From NCBI GenBank assembly GCA_964407245.1, contig CAYOUY010000170.1, positions 380 to 64,379 on the forward strand: a stretch of 64,000 nt of DNA, written 5' to 3'. Positions 9,972-18,769 of the stretch are shown in pieces (positions within the stretch are counted from its first letter, which is position 1; every line of letters begins with the position of its first letter). The notes under the pieces were generated by a model. The model saw only the letters and a program-made list of their open reading frames with translations, did not search any database and was not told where the DNA came from. This DNA is from an uncultured Acidobacteriaceae bacterium (GTDB lineage: Bacteria; Acidobacteriota; Terriglobia; Terriglobales; Acidobacteriaceae). Made by a program: the position numbers and the translations under genes.

Positions 9972-10702
9972 GCGCGAATCCTGCCGTTCCTATTCGACCG
10001 ATCGCGATCATCGGCGGCACCGGCCCAGCCGGTATGGGACTGGCCCTGCGCTGGGCGCGCGCGGGAGAAACCATCATCATCGGCTCGCGCGACGAGCAGC
10101 GCGCGCAACTGGCGGCCGCGGCGATTCAATTGAAGGCGGGAAGTCAAGCGAACGTGTCCGGGATGGAGAACAGCGCCGCCTGCGCCGCCGCCGACATCCT
10201 GGTGCTCACCGTTCCATTTGAAGGCCAGGCTGCGCTGCTCAAGCAGTTGAAGCCTGCCATGACGGAAGGCAGCATCCTGATTGACGCGACGGTGCCGCTC
10301 GCTGCCAGCCTGGGCGGACGCGCCTCTCGGACGCTGGGCGTCTGGCAAGGGTCGGCGGCGCAACAGGCCGCCGAACTTGTGCCCAAGGAGGTCAGCGTTG
10401 TGGCGGCTTTCCACAACGTCTCTGCTGATCTTCTTAATAACCTCGGAAGCAATGACCTCGGAAGCACCGGCGACGCGCCGCTGGACTGCGATGTGATCGT
10501 TTGCAGCGACGATCCCGATGCGGCTCAGCTTACCCGCGAACTGGCTGCCAAGATTCCCGGCGTGCGCGCCATCGACGGCGGCAGACTCGAAAATGCGCGG
10601 ATCGTCGAACAAATCACGGCGTTGCTCATCGGCCTCAACATCCGGCATAAAGGCCACGCCGGCATCCGCATCACCGGGTTGCCGCCGGCGGCTTACCGCT
10701 AA
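9968..10702 (+). CDS. npdG: NADPH-dependent F420 reductase
   Basis: IAIIGGTGPAGMGLALRWARAGETIIIGSR Rossmann N-terminus and Npd/FNO-like length. ATGA overlap with cofH. Confidence 0.82.
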   Translation: MSANPAVPIRPIAIIGGTGPAGMGLALRWARAGETIIIGSRDEQRAQLAAAAIQLKAGSQANVSGMENSAACAAADILVLTVPFEGQAALLKQLKPAMTEGSILIDATVPLAASLGGRASRTLGVWQGSAAQQAAELVPKEVSVVAAFHNVSADLLNNLGSNDLGSTGDAPLDCDVIVCSDDPDAAQLTRELAAKIPGVRAIDGGRLENARIVEQITALLIGLNIRHKGHAGIRITGLPPAAYR

Positions 10703-10812
10703 ATCTCCACAGTGGAAAACTAGTAGTTCGAAGGGATTGATTTCTCCGCCGATTGGAATATCTTGGAACCGATCGAAACCTTGAACCAATTCATTCTTTA
10801 CGCGAGCGGAAC

Positions 10813-12357
10813 TTGAAGACCTGCTTTCCAGCTCTCGCGCTCTTGTGCGCGATCCTCTGCGCCACGGCATTTGCGCAGAGCGAGCTTCCATCGCTTTACC
10901 CCATGATTGGCGGCCAGGAATCGCTGCCGTTGCGGGTTTTGTCGGGAACAGTTCCGCCTATCAGCCGGTCTTCGCGCAACTCGCCGTCGTCCGCAGTCGC
11001 CACGCCCTGCTCTTCCGGAGGAACTGCCGACAACTTCACCATCGTCCTGAATTGCGACGGCAACGATAACAACGGTTCATCCGCCTACGAGCCTGTGCCG
11101 GATACCGACCTTGCAGTAAGCGAACAATACGTAATGCAGACGGTCGACAACGTCTTCACCATTTACAACAAGAGCGACCTGAGCGTGGTCGAAGGGCCTG
11201 ACCCGCTTACGCTGCCCTGGAGCGGATTCGGAAATGGTTCCTGCAGCACCCCGGGCTCGGGCGACGATTTCATCGTTCGCTACGACAAAGCCGCGGGCCA
11301 GTGGGTACTCGCACTTCCGATCTTTAACGGGGGACAATACTGGCTATGCCTCGCCGTTTCGACCACCTCCGATCCCACCGGGACGTACTACCTGTACGCA
11401 GTGCAAGAGACCGGAAGCCAGAATCCCATCTGGGACTATCCCAAGCTGGGGATTTGGACTGACGCCTACTACGTCGGTTTCAACATGATCAGCCCCAAGC
11501 CCGCGTACCTCGGTCCCCGGGCCTGTGCGCTCGATCGCAGTTCGATGTTGACCGGCACGCAGCCAGCTCCGATGCAGTGCTTTTCCGAGTCCGCCCGCAC
11601 AGATTCCTTTATGCTTCCAGCCGATATTGCAGGACTAACTCAGCCCGCGCCGGGTGAGCCGGAGTTTTTCCTCGACATTGCGGTGGGCACGGCAGGTGTG
11701 CACAACGCGCTGAACCTGTGGAGCTTCCACGTCGATTTTTCCACTCCCCAGAACTCCACCTTCGGCGGTCCCACGGCGCTTGCCGTGAATGGTTTTGCGG
11801 AGGGTCCGGGATTCGTCCCTGAGCCGCATGGCGTTCTCTACTCCCGCAGCGACCGCCTGATGGTGCCGTTGGCGTGGCGCCTGACTCCGGATGGAGCCGA
11901 ACACCTGGTCGTCAACGACGCCATCCACGTCAACAATGCGATGACCGAGCAGTGGTTCGACATCACGAGTTTAAGCACGGCTCCGGTTGTGGCTCAGCAA
12001 GGGACGCTGACTCCCGACTCGCACGACAATTTCTGGATGGGCTCGGCCAACATGGATCAGGCCGGCAATATCGCGCTGGGGTTCAGCAATGCAGGCCTGA
12101 AGATCGATCCCGGAATCGAGTTCACAGGACGGCTTGCGACCGATCCCGTGGATACGATGGAAGCGGTGCAGACGGTGATCGCCGGAAGCGGCTATGAGGC
12201 TGGGTCGGGAGAGTACGGCGATCACTCCATCATGGCGGTCGATCCTTCCGACGATTGCACGTTCTGGTACAGCAACGAATACTATTCCCTCGCCGGCAGC
12301 GGTACAACGCAATGGTCCACGCGGATTGTTGCGATTAAGTTCAGTACCTGCCAGTGA
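10813..12357 (+). CDS. secreted hypothetical protein
   Basis: Signal peptide (M)KTCFPALALLCAILCATAFAQS if the TTG at 10813 is used; the ORF is open from 10753. No family recognised. Confidence 0.65.
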   Translation: MKTCFPALALLCAILCATAFAQSELPSLYPMIGGQESLPLRVLSGTVPPISRSSRNSPSSAVATPCSSGGTADNFTIVLNCDGNDNNGSSAYEPVPDTDLAVSEQYVMQTVDNVFTIYNKSDLSVVEGPDPLTLPWSGFGNGSCSTPGSGDDFIVRYDKAAGQWVLALPIFNGGQYWLCLAVSTTSDPTGTYYLYAVQETGSQNPIWDYPKLGIWTDAYYVGFNMISPKPAYLGPRACALDRSSMLTGTQPAPMQCFSESARTDSFMLPADIAGLTQPAPGEPEFFLDIAVGTAGVHNALNLWSFHVDFSTPQNSTFGGPTALAVNGFAEGPGFVPEPHGVLYSRSDRLMVPLAWRLTPDGAEHLVVNDAIHVNNAMTEQWFDITSLSTAPVVAQQGTLTPDSHDNFWMGSANMDQAGNIALGFSNAGLKIDPGIEFTGRLATDPVDTMEAVQTVIAGSGYEAGSGEYGDHSIMAVDPSDDCTFWYSNEYYSLAGSGTTQWSTRIVAIKFSTCQ

Positions 12358-12497
12358 AGAGAAGCGTCATCCAAAGCGGCCGGGAAGTACCTCGAACCGG
12401 CCAATCGCCCCCCGTACCGAGCAAAGCTGTTTTTTTGTAATAGTTTACAAGAAGTTGTCTCCTGGGGTGTTGGGCTGAGAAGCCACAGTGAATTCAC

Positions 12498-12573
12498 CTG
12501 CAGGTTACGTATTAACTTGCAGGTTTAGCACATTTATGTTTAATTGTAATTGCAGGTTTAATATTAACCTGCA
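12498..12573. promoter_or_regulatory. two inverted-repeat operator-like sites in an AT-rich promoter region
   Basis: IR1 is TGCAGGTT-acgtatt-AACtTGCA (12499-12521). IR2 is a perfect TGCAGGTT-taatatt-AACCTGCA (12551-12573). Centres are about 52 bp apart, and IR2 ends 30 bp before the ATG at 12603. Confidence 0.55.
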
Positions 12574-12602
12574 AGTTTCAGCTCTAAAGCTTCGCGCGTC
12601 CA

Positions 12603-13646
12603 ATGTACCTCAATCGACGACAGGACGACGGTGTTGATGCGGAGGTCGGAAACGCGCTTATTGAGGTGAAGTTTGCGACGGATGCGCTGCGAACGGTGCG
12701 AACGGGGTTGATGCAACTTGCCTACGCTCTGAGCCGACGCCCTAATTCCGAGGGCTATTTGGTCCTAGTTAATTCTGGAATTACGGCGGTGCGGTTAAGG
12801 AAAGAGTGGGAACGGACCAAGTCAGTTCTAAATCCTCAGATCGCAAAGAGAATCACGTTGTGCAAGAAGGAGAAAGATGGGTATCTGGGAATTCCTGACA
12901 TCTTGACCGGGGAGATGCAGTCAATTCTGGATAACGTAGTCGTGAGCGAACAGGCTCGGAGTGGCATGAGACTTCTGCGGCCCGACTACACATTGATAAT
13001 CGCGAAAATCCTTTTGAATCGCTGGGCGACCAGCGAAAAACCAGTTACAGCCGATCATCTGGCTCAGGTCGCGGGATGCAGCTACCCGACCGTTGCCCGC
13101 GCAGTGGGCCAACTCGGAAGCCTGGTGGAGCGTACTTCTGATCGGCGAATATCCCTCCGGTACTTTCCAAAGGAAATCTACTTTCGGCTCGCCGCCAACT
13201 CAGACAAATTTCGTGCTTCGACTCGATACTCGGATAGCACGGGTCAGAGCCGCCCTCCTGAGAAGCACGTCAAACGAATTGAACAGCTCGATGTACCGGG
13301 ACTAGCCCTCGGAGGTGTCTTGGGAGCGCGCCACTACTGCCCCGATCTGAATCTCGTGGGCACGCCACGCCTCGACCTAGAGCTTCATGCGTATCGTTGG
13401 AGAGTGGGTTTGGAGTTCATGAAGGAACTAGATCCGGCTTTGCGAATCGAACCGGACCCGCTCAAGCCCGCGAATGTTGTCGTCCACTTCATTCAACAGA
13501 AAGACCCGTTATTCACTCGGCGCAACGAAGGACTCCAATGGGCCGACCCCATGGATTGCCTCCTCGACCTGCAAGAAGCAAGGTTGGATGAGCAAGCGTC
13601 CCAGTTCATGAGAGCCGCAGAGCACCACCAGCTTAGAATCGAATGA
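12603..13646 (+). CDS. HTH-containing AbiEi-like protein with an N-terminal D...ExK nuclease-like motif (putative antitoxin/regulator)
   Basis: Central wHTH-like [30 protein letters not shown]-terminal ...GGVLGARHY...[13 protein letters not shown] resembles the AbiEi C-terminal domain. N-terminus carries [15 protein letters not shown]. Confidence 0.5.
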   Translation: MYLNRRQDDGVDAEVGNALIEVKFATDALRTVRTGLMQLAYALSRRPNSEGYLVLVNSGITAVRLRKEWERTKSVLNPQIAKRITLCKKEKDGYLGIPDILTGEMQSILDNVVVSEQARSGMRLLRPDYTLIIAKILLNRWATSEKPVTADHLAQVAGCSYPTVARAVGQLGSLVERTSDRRISLRYFPKEIYFRLAANSDKFRASTRYSDSTGQSRPPEKHVKRIEQLDVPGLALGGVLGARHYCPDLNLVGTPRLDLELHAYRWRVGLEFMKELDPALRIEPDPLKPANVVVHFIQQKDPLFTRRNEGLQWADPMDCLLDLQEARLDEQASQFMRAAEHHQLRIE

Positions 13647-14590
13647 ATGGCGAACTCAAAGAAGTTTCTCCGAAGGCCGTACTCGCCAAAGTGGCTGCTG
13701 AGATCCCTCCGGAGGTCAAGGGGAACATCGTCATCATTGGAAGTCTCGCAGCCGCCTATTGGTTATTCAAGAACGAAGAGTCTTTCGGAGTGCGCACGAA
13801 GGATGTTGACTGCGTCCTCTCACCTCACTACACGGCCGTCCAGAACGGGAAGGTGATTGCCGAACGGCTTTTGGCGGCGGGATGGCGGCCGAGGGAGACG
13901 GGAGGCATATTCGATCGACCTGGCGATGAGAGCACGCCCGACGCAGAACTGCCGGCGGTCAGGCTATATCCGCCTGGGGGAGGAGATTGGTTCTTAGAAC
14001 TGATTACAGAAGCCGCTTCCGAGGAGCAACAGAGCCGGGTATGGACCCGGCTGCCGCTCTCCTCAGGGGATCACTATGGCTTACCCAGTTTTCAATTCAC
14101 CACCATCGCGACCTTCGATGCCAAGGAAACAGAGTTCGGAATCAAGTGCGCACTACCAGAAGCGATGGCGCTGGCGAATTTGCTAGAACATCGTGAATTC
14201 AAGGACGATACAATAGAAGGCACGGATTACATGGGGCGGCCGCATAAACGCCGATGCAAAGACCTGGGTCGAGTTCTGGCCATCTCGGTGCTCAGTGAGG
14301 ATATGGAGGATTGGGTGACGCCCTGGACCCGTTCCCTTCAATCGTGCTTCCCAACGAGGTGGCGAGAGTTGGCAACCTCAACTGGAAAGGGGCTTCGCAG
14401 GCTGCTCCACAGTCCGGAAGATCTACAAGAAGCAACGGTCTTGTGCAACAACGGATTGCTCTCGCAGCGCAATAGAACAGCGGACCAGCTTCAAGCCGCT
14501 GGGTCGCGTCTTCTCGCCTACGCAGTGGAGCCAATCGAAAAACTTGGAGCCGGTGCTGTGGTAAGGAACGGTGAAGCGCCGAGGATGTAG
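13643..14590 (+). CDS. Pol-beta-fold nucleotidyltransferase, AbiEii/DUF1814-like (putative toxin/effector)
   Basis: [10 protein letters not shown]...RTKDVDCVL (GS...DxD), a downstream acidic strand DWFLELI and [17 protein letters not shown] overlap with the upstream gene. Confidence 0.55.
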   Translation: MNGELKEVSPKAVLAKVAAEIPPEVKGNIVIIGSLAAAYWLFKNEESFGVRTKDVDCVLSPHYTAVQNGKVIAERLLAAGWRPRETGGIFDRPGDESTPDAELPAVRLYPPGGGDWFLELITEAASEEQQSRVWTRLPLSSGDHYGLPSFQFTTIATFDAKETEFGIKCALPEAMALANLLEHREFKDDTIEGTDYMGRPHKRRCKDLGRVLAISVLSEDMEDWVTPWTRSLQSCFPTRWRELATSTGKGLRRLLHSPEDLQEATVLCNNGLLSQRNRTADQLQAAGSRLLAYAVEPIEKLGAGAVVRNGEAPRM

Positions 14591-14604
14591 TCGGCCGGAG
14601 CTGT

Positions 14605-14673
14605 GCCGTCCCGGATTTATTTCCGCACCTATCTAAATGCCGCGGCGGAAACGGGTTTCGGGAACGGGACGGC
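14605..14673. terminator. long imperfect hairpin between convergent genes
   Basis: GCCGTCCCG...CGGGACGGC outer arms with nested TTTCCGC...GCGGAAA. No clear U-tract. Confidence 0.35.
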
Positions 14674-14715
14674 CACGCCCTAGTTCGCCCCGGGGAAAAG
14701 GCTACGGGCGGCCGC

Positions 14716-16107
14716 CTACTCTCTGGCCATTCGCGAGCTGATTTCTTCCGCCGGCTCGCCGCCGGCCATCTGTTGCGCCAGAATCAGTTTTCGCGCCTCG
14801 ACACGAATCTTCGGCAGGTGCAGTCCGAACCACACCGCTCCAGCCACCGATGCCAGCCCGCCGATCGCCACTGTCAGCGGCGCGCCCAGACGATCGGCCA
14901 GCGCGCCGCCCATCAGCGAGCCCAGGGGCGCGAGCCCCATGAACATCATTGAGTAGACCGCCATTACGCGCCCGCGCAGCGCATCCGGCACCATCACCTG
15001 GATCAGCGTGTTCGACGACGCCATCTGCAGCATGATGAAGTAACCCACCGGCAACAGCAGTGCCACCGAAAGCCAGAACGATCGCGAAGCGGCAAACAGC
15101 ATCAGGCTTACGCCAAACCCCGCGCAGCAGACCATCACCCACCTGGCTAATCCTTTTACTCCCGTACGCACCGCCAGCGTCAGTGCACCCAGCAGCGCTC
15201 CCACGCCTGCGGCACCCATCAGAATTCCGAGCCGCACCGCGCCCAGATCGTGCGATCCGATCAGCGACGCCAGTTCCTGTCCGCCCGTGTGCAGGATTTT
15301 GTCGGCGAAAATCGGCATCAGGACCACATACGGCATCCCGGTTGCACTCACGACGCCCAGGAGCATGAGCAGGGCCCGGATCGGCGCCGTGTCGTTGACG
15401 AATCGAAATCCTTCCACAACGTGCTCGAATGGTGAAGCCCCTATGGCGCGAGCCGGACTACGCACGTTCATGAGCAGGAGCCCCGCAATGACGGCGATGT
15501 AACTCACGCCGTTGGCGAAAAAGCACCAGCCCTCGCCCAGCCTCGCCACCAGCACACCGGCTACGGCCGGCCCGATCACGCGCGCTCCGTTAAACATCGA
15601 CGAGTTCAGCGCGATCGCGTTCATCAGGTCTTCTTTGCCCACCATGTCCACCAGGAACGCCTGCCGTCCGGGGATATCAAACGCATTCACGATGCCCAGC
15701 GAGGCTGCCAGCACGAAGATGTGCCACACCTGCACGGTGTGCGTGAGTGTCAGCGCGGCCAGAATGAATGCCAGCACCATGGAAACGGTCTGCGTGGCAA
15801 TCACCACTCGCTGCCGGTTCATGCGATCGGCAGTGATGCCGCCGATCGGCGCCACCAGAAACACGGGAATCTGGCTGGCGAAACCCACGGAACCCAGAAG
15901 CAGCCCCGACCCCGTCAGCCGGTACACCAGCCACGACTGGGCCACGGTCTGCATCCACGTGCCGATTAGAGAGATGAGTTGTCCGCTGAAAAAAAGCTGG
16001 AAATTACGATGGCGCAGCGCCCGTCCCACATCCTGCCAGCGCAGTTTGCGCTGGCCGGCCGCGGCGATGGCGGCATCTTCCTGGATGGAATTCTTCGCTT
16101 CAGCCAC
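14716..16107 (-). CDS. MFS transporter (EntS/MFS_3-like)
   Basis: About 12 predicted TM helices. N-terminus RNFQLFFSGQLISLIGTWMQTVAQSWLVYRLTGS is typical of this MFS subfamily. Confidence 0.88.
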   Translation of the reverse strand: MAEAKNSIQEDAAIAAAGQRKLRWQDVGRALRHRNFQLFFSGQLISLIGTWMQTVAQSWLVYRLTGSGLLLGSVGFASQIPVFLVAPIGGITADRMNRQRVVIATQTVSMVLAFILAALTLTHTVQVWHIFVLAASLGIVNAFDIPGRQAFLVDMVGKEDLMNAIALNSSMFNGARVIGPAVAGVLVARLGEGWCFFANGVSYIAVIAGLLLMNVRSPARAIGASPFEHVVEGFRFVNDTAPIRALLMLLGVVSATGMPYVVLMPIFADKILHTGGQELASLIGSHDLGAVRLGILMGAAGVGALLGALTLAVRTGVKGLARWVMVCCAGFGVSLMLFAASRSFWLSVALLLPVGYFIMLQMASSNTLIQVMVPDALRGRVMAVYSMMFMGLAPLGSLMGGALADRLGAPLTVAIGGLASVAGAVWFGLHLPKIRVEARKLILAQQMAGGEPAEEISSRMARE

Positions 16108-16386
16108 GACTCGCTTGTGGTTGCCGCCACAACGCGGCGTATCGACAGTATATCGTCAGCTCCGCGGGCATGGGAGGGAAGCAGATACGGCCTGCGTCCG
16201 AGTTTTCCACAGACGGGCGCAAGACGGGCGTAGCCCGATTGCGTACGCCGTCTCATCAAGTACAAGCGAATGACCAAGTTGGGAATTTTCTCCGCTGTAA
16301 CTAATTTGCAACTTCTCAACCTGAGCGCGCTGCGATACAGTAGCGCGTACGCTCTCTGGCCACTAGGCGAAGGATGTGTCACCCTT

Positions 16387-16878
16387 ATGACCACCCCTCC
16401 AGTACGAGTGGAACACCGCGTCGGACAACGTTTCGCCTATCTGCTTCCACTCTCGCTCCGCCAGATTTCAACCGCGACCGAAGGCGTGGGATTTACGCAA
16501 GACGTCAGTTCTCGCGGTGTCTTTTTCTTCACCGATGCGGCTCTGCAGGAAGGTGCTGAGATCGAGCTCACACTTCGCATGCCTTCGGAAATTACGCTGG
16601 GCGAGAACATGCTGGTGCGCTGCCGCGGGCGCATTCTGCGGATCGCAAAGCCGGCGGCTTCCACCGAAGAAGCACCGGCCAGCAATACCTGCGGCCAAAC
16701 CCAAGCCCAGACCGCAGCCCAAACAAAGATCGGAGTCGCAGTGCGTTTCGAGGGCTACGAATACCTGCCTGAAAGCGCGGAGTCCTCGCCCGGCTACGCC
16801 CGCGTCTCGGCTCTGCATCGTCACCAGGAAGAAGACCAACCCGTCGCCGGCTCGGCTGCCCGCCCAGTCCTGGGTTAG
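16387..16878 (+). CDS. PilZ domain protein (putative c-di-GMP receptor)
   Basis: RVEHR (RxxxR) followed by DVSSRG (DxSxxG). ATG at 16387 chosen over the upstream ORF start. Confidence 0.7.
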   Translation: MTTPPVRVEHRVGQRFAYLLPLSLRQISTATEGVGFTQDVSSRGVFFFTDAALQEGAEIELTLRMPSEITLGENMLVRCRGRILRIAKPAASTEEAPASNTCGQTQAQTAAQTKIGVAVRFEGYEYLPESAESSPGYARVSALHRHQEEDQPVAGSAARPVLG

Positions 16879-16904
16879 CTAGAGCTTGGGCGGTTCGATC
16901 CTGC

Positions 16905-16955
16905 GTTAGTTGGATCCTGGATTAGTTTGGATCTGGGGTTAGTTTTGGACTAGTC
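16905..16955. repeat. three tandem 16-17 nt TTAGTT(T)GGAyC repeats
   Basis: gTTAGTTGGATCctg / gaTTAGTTTGGATCtgg / ggTTAGTTTTGGACtag, plus a fourth half-copy GGTTAGCT at the PilZ stop codon. Confidence 0.6.
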
Positions 16956-17175
16956 CACAAAAAATCTGTGTGTATTCCACGTTTGTGCCTTTTCAAGCCG
17001 CGGCGCATGTCATAGAATCGTGTGCATTAAACGCATTTGGGTTTTCTGCGTTGTGCACTCCCCCCAGCCTCCACCTGTTTCAGTGGCGTGCCGTGAGCCT
17101 TCGCAGCGAGTAACATGAGCGCACTAACGGGCGATTACCTAGGTCACTTGGCGTGGGGTGTGATCTCTTTCTAAC

Positions 17176-18432
17176 ATGCAAACACCGAGAGAAATCAGCG
17201 AGAACCGAGCTATGCATGGGATCGCCGTCGCCCTCCTGACCGAGGACCCGGAACACTTATCCGCGCTGCAAAGTCGGCTGGAAGCGACCAAGCTGGGACA
17301 GAAAGTTTTCAGCCACATCGGCTTTCCCGTCAGCCCCACCGATTCCGTTTTGCGTCAACTGCAGGAGTCGCGCGCGGAAGTCGTGATCGTCGACATTTCC
17401 CAGGAGCCGCAGCGCGCCATACGCGCCATCGAGCTGATTCGCGCCACGACTCAACAGATTGCGATTTTTGCCAACGGCCCCATGACGCAGCCTGCGATCA
17501 TTGTGGCCAGCATGCGCGCTGGAGCAGGCGAATACCTCGATTATTCGGTTGGATCAGACGGGCTGTTGGAAGCGCTCACCCGTTTCACTTCCACGCGCAC
17601 GCGTACGCCAGGAACCGCCGGCAAGGCCCGCGTGTTCACTTTCCTTAGTGCGAAAGGCGGCGCCGGGTGCACCACGGCCGCGGTCAACACTGCGCTGGCC
17701 CTGCAGCAGACTCATGGCGACGTCGTTTTAGTGGATTTCGCTCCCATCGGCCACGTGTCTCTGCATTTGAACCTGCGCCCTCAGTTTGGCGTACTGGACG
17801 CCTTGCAGAACCTGCACCGCATGGACGTCTCCCTGCTCGATGGCCTGATGACTGTTACGAAAGAGGGCCTGCACGTTCTGGCCGGGCCGGAGCAGCCTTA
17901 TCCCGCTGAGCCCACGCCGGGCGAACTGGCGCGCCTTTTCGATCTGCTGGTGAATCACTACCGCTTCGTTGTTGTAGATGCTTCCAGCCGACTGGATGCC
18001 ACGACGCGTCTGCTCTCCGATCTTTCGAACGCGGTACTTGTGGTTGCGCAGACCGATGTCGTCTCGCTGTGGAGCGCCGGCCGCATTCACGCTTTTCTGG
18101 AAGAGGGAACGGGCCGCGACCGCCTGCGCATGGTGATGAATCGCTACAAGAAGATTCCCGGCTTCACTGACGAGGACGTGTTGCAGGCTACCAACTGCAA
18201 GGTCTTGTGGAAGGTTCCCAACGCGTTCCATTCAGTTTCGCCCGCCATCGACCACGGAACGCCCGTGGTGCTGCAGGATGGTCCGGAAATCAGCCGATCC
18301 TATCGCGCTCTGGCCGCAGCATTAGCCGATGCCTCCACTGACGGCGGTCCTGATCTTATCTACGCCCAGGAAGGCCAGCGCAAGAAGGTTCCGGGCCGGT
18401 TGAATCTCTCGGCTGTGCGGGCGGGGCAGTAG
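17176..18432 (+). CDS. CpaE/TadZ-like protein: receiver-like N-domain plus ParA/MinD-type ATPase
   Basis: Deviant Walker A FLSAKGGAGCTT, a VVVDAS Walker B-like strand and an N-terminal CheY-like fold (VVIVDIS). No other tad/flp genes nearby. Confidence 0.8.
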   Translation: MQTPREISENRAMHGIAVALLTEDPEHLSALQSRLEATKLGQKVFSHIGFPVSPTDSVLRQLQESRAEVVIVDISQEPQRAIRAIELIRATTQQIAIFANGPMTQPAIIVASMRAGAGEYLDYSVGSDGLLEALTRFTSTRTRTPGTAGKARVFTFLSAKGGAGCTTAAVNTALALQQTHGDVVLVDFAPIGHVSLHLNLRPQFGVLDALQNLHRMDVSLLDGLMTVTKEGLHVLAGPEQPYPAEPTPGELARLFDLLVNHYRFVVVDASSRLDATTRLLSDLSNAVLVVAQTDVVSLWSAGRIHAFLEEGTGRDRLRMVMNRYKKIPGFTDEDVLQATNCKVLWKVPNAFHSVSPAIDHGTPVVLQDGPEISRSYRALAAALADASTDGGPDLIYAQEGQRKKVPGRLNLSAVRAGQ

Positions 18433-18488
18433 CCTTCAGAATGCGACAGAGCCTCTCCACGATTCTTCCTCGGGTAACGCCGTAAGTT

Positions 18489-18564
18489 GACCACCAAGGA
18501 CACGAAGGCACACGAAGGAAATTTCGGCGACAACCTTTGTGGTTCTTCGTGCCCTTTGTGGTTC
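18489..18564. repeat. REP-like imperfect inverted repeat
   Basis: ACCACCAAGGACACGAAGGCACACGAAGG ... CCTTTGTGGTTCTTCGTGCCCTTTGTGGTTC. The arms are complementary and each is internally duplicated. Confidence 0.55.
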
Positions 18565-18769
18565 TGAGAGTTATCTCTGCGCACCGCACAAACTCAGGCC
18601 GCCCGGACCGGAGATTGCACTGGCTCTGGTTGCGGCTTTTTCCTCAGGAGCGCTGCTGAAATCAGTGTCATTACCAGCACCGATCCGAGTCGGCCGTTTG
18701 AGGTATTGCGCCCTGTCGATGAACTGAGTACCATGCCGCCTATTGGGGCTTGCCGGAGTTTGCGCGCCA

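Noticed and set aside
8805-10891. 312-aa and 333-aa minus-strand ORFs
   Set aside because: They are antisense to cofH and npdG, which have clear family motifs. These are shadow ORFs.
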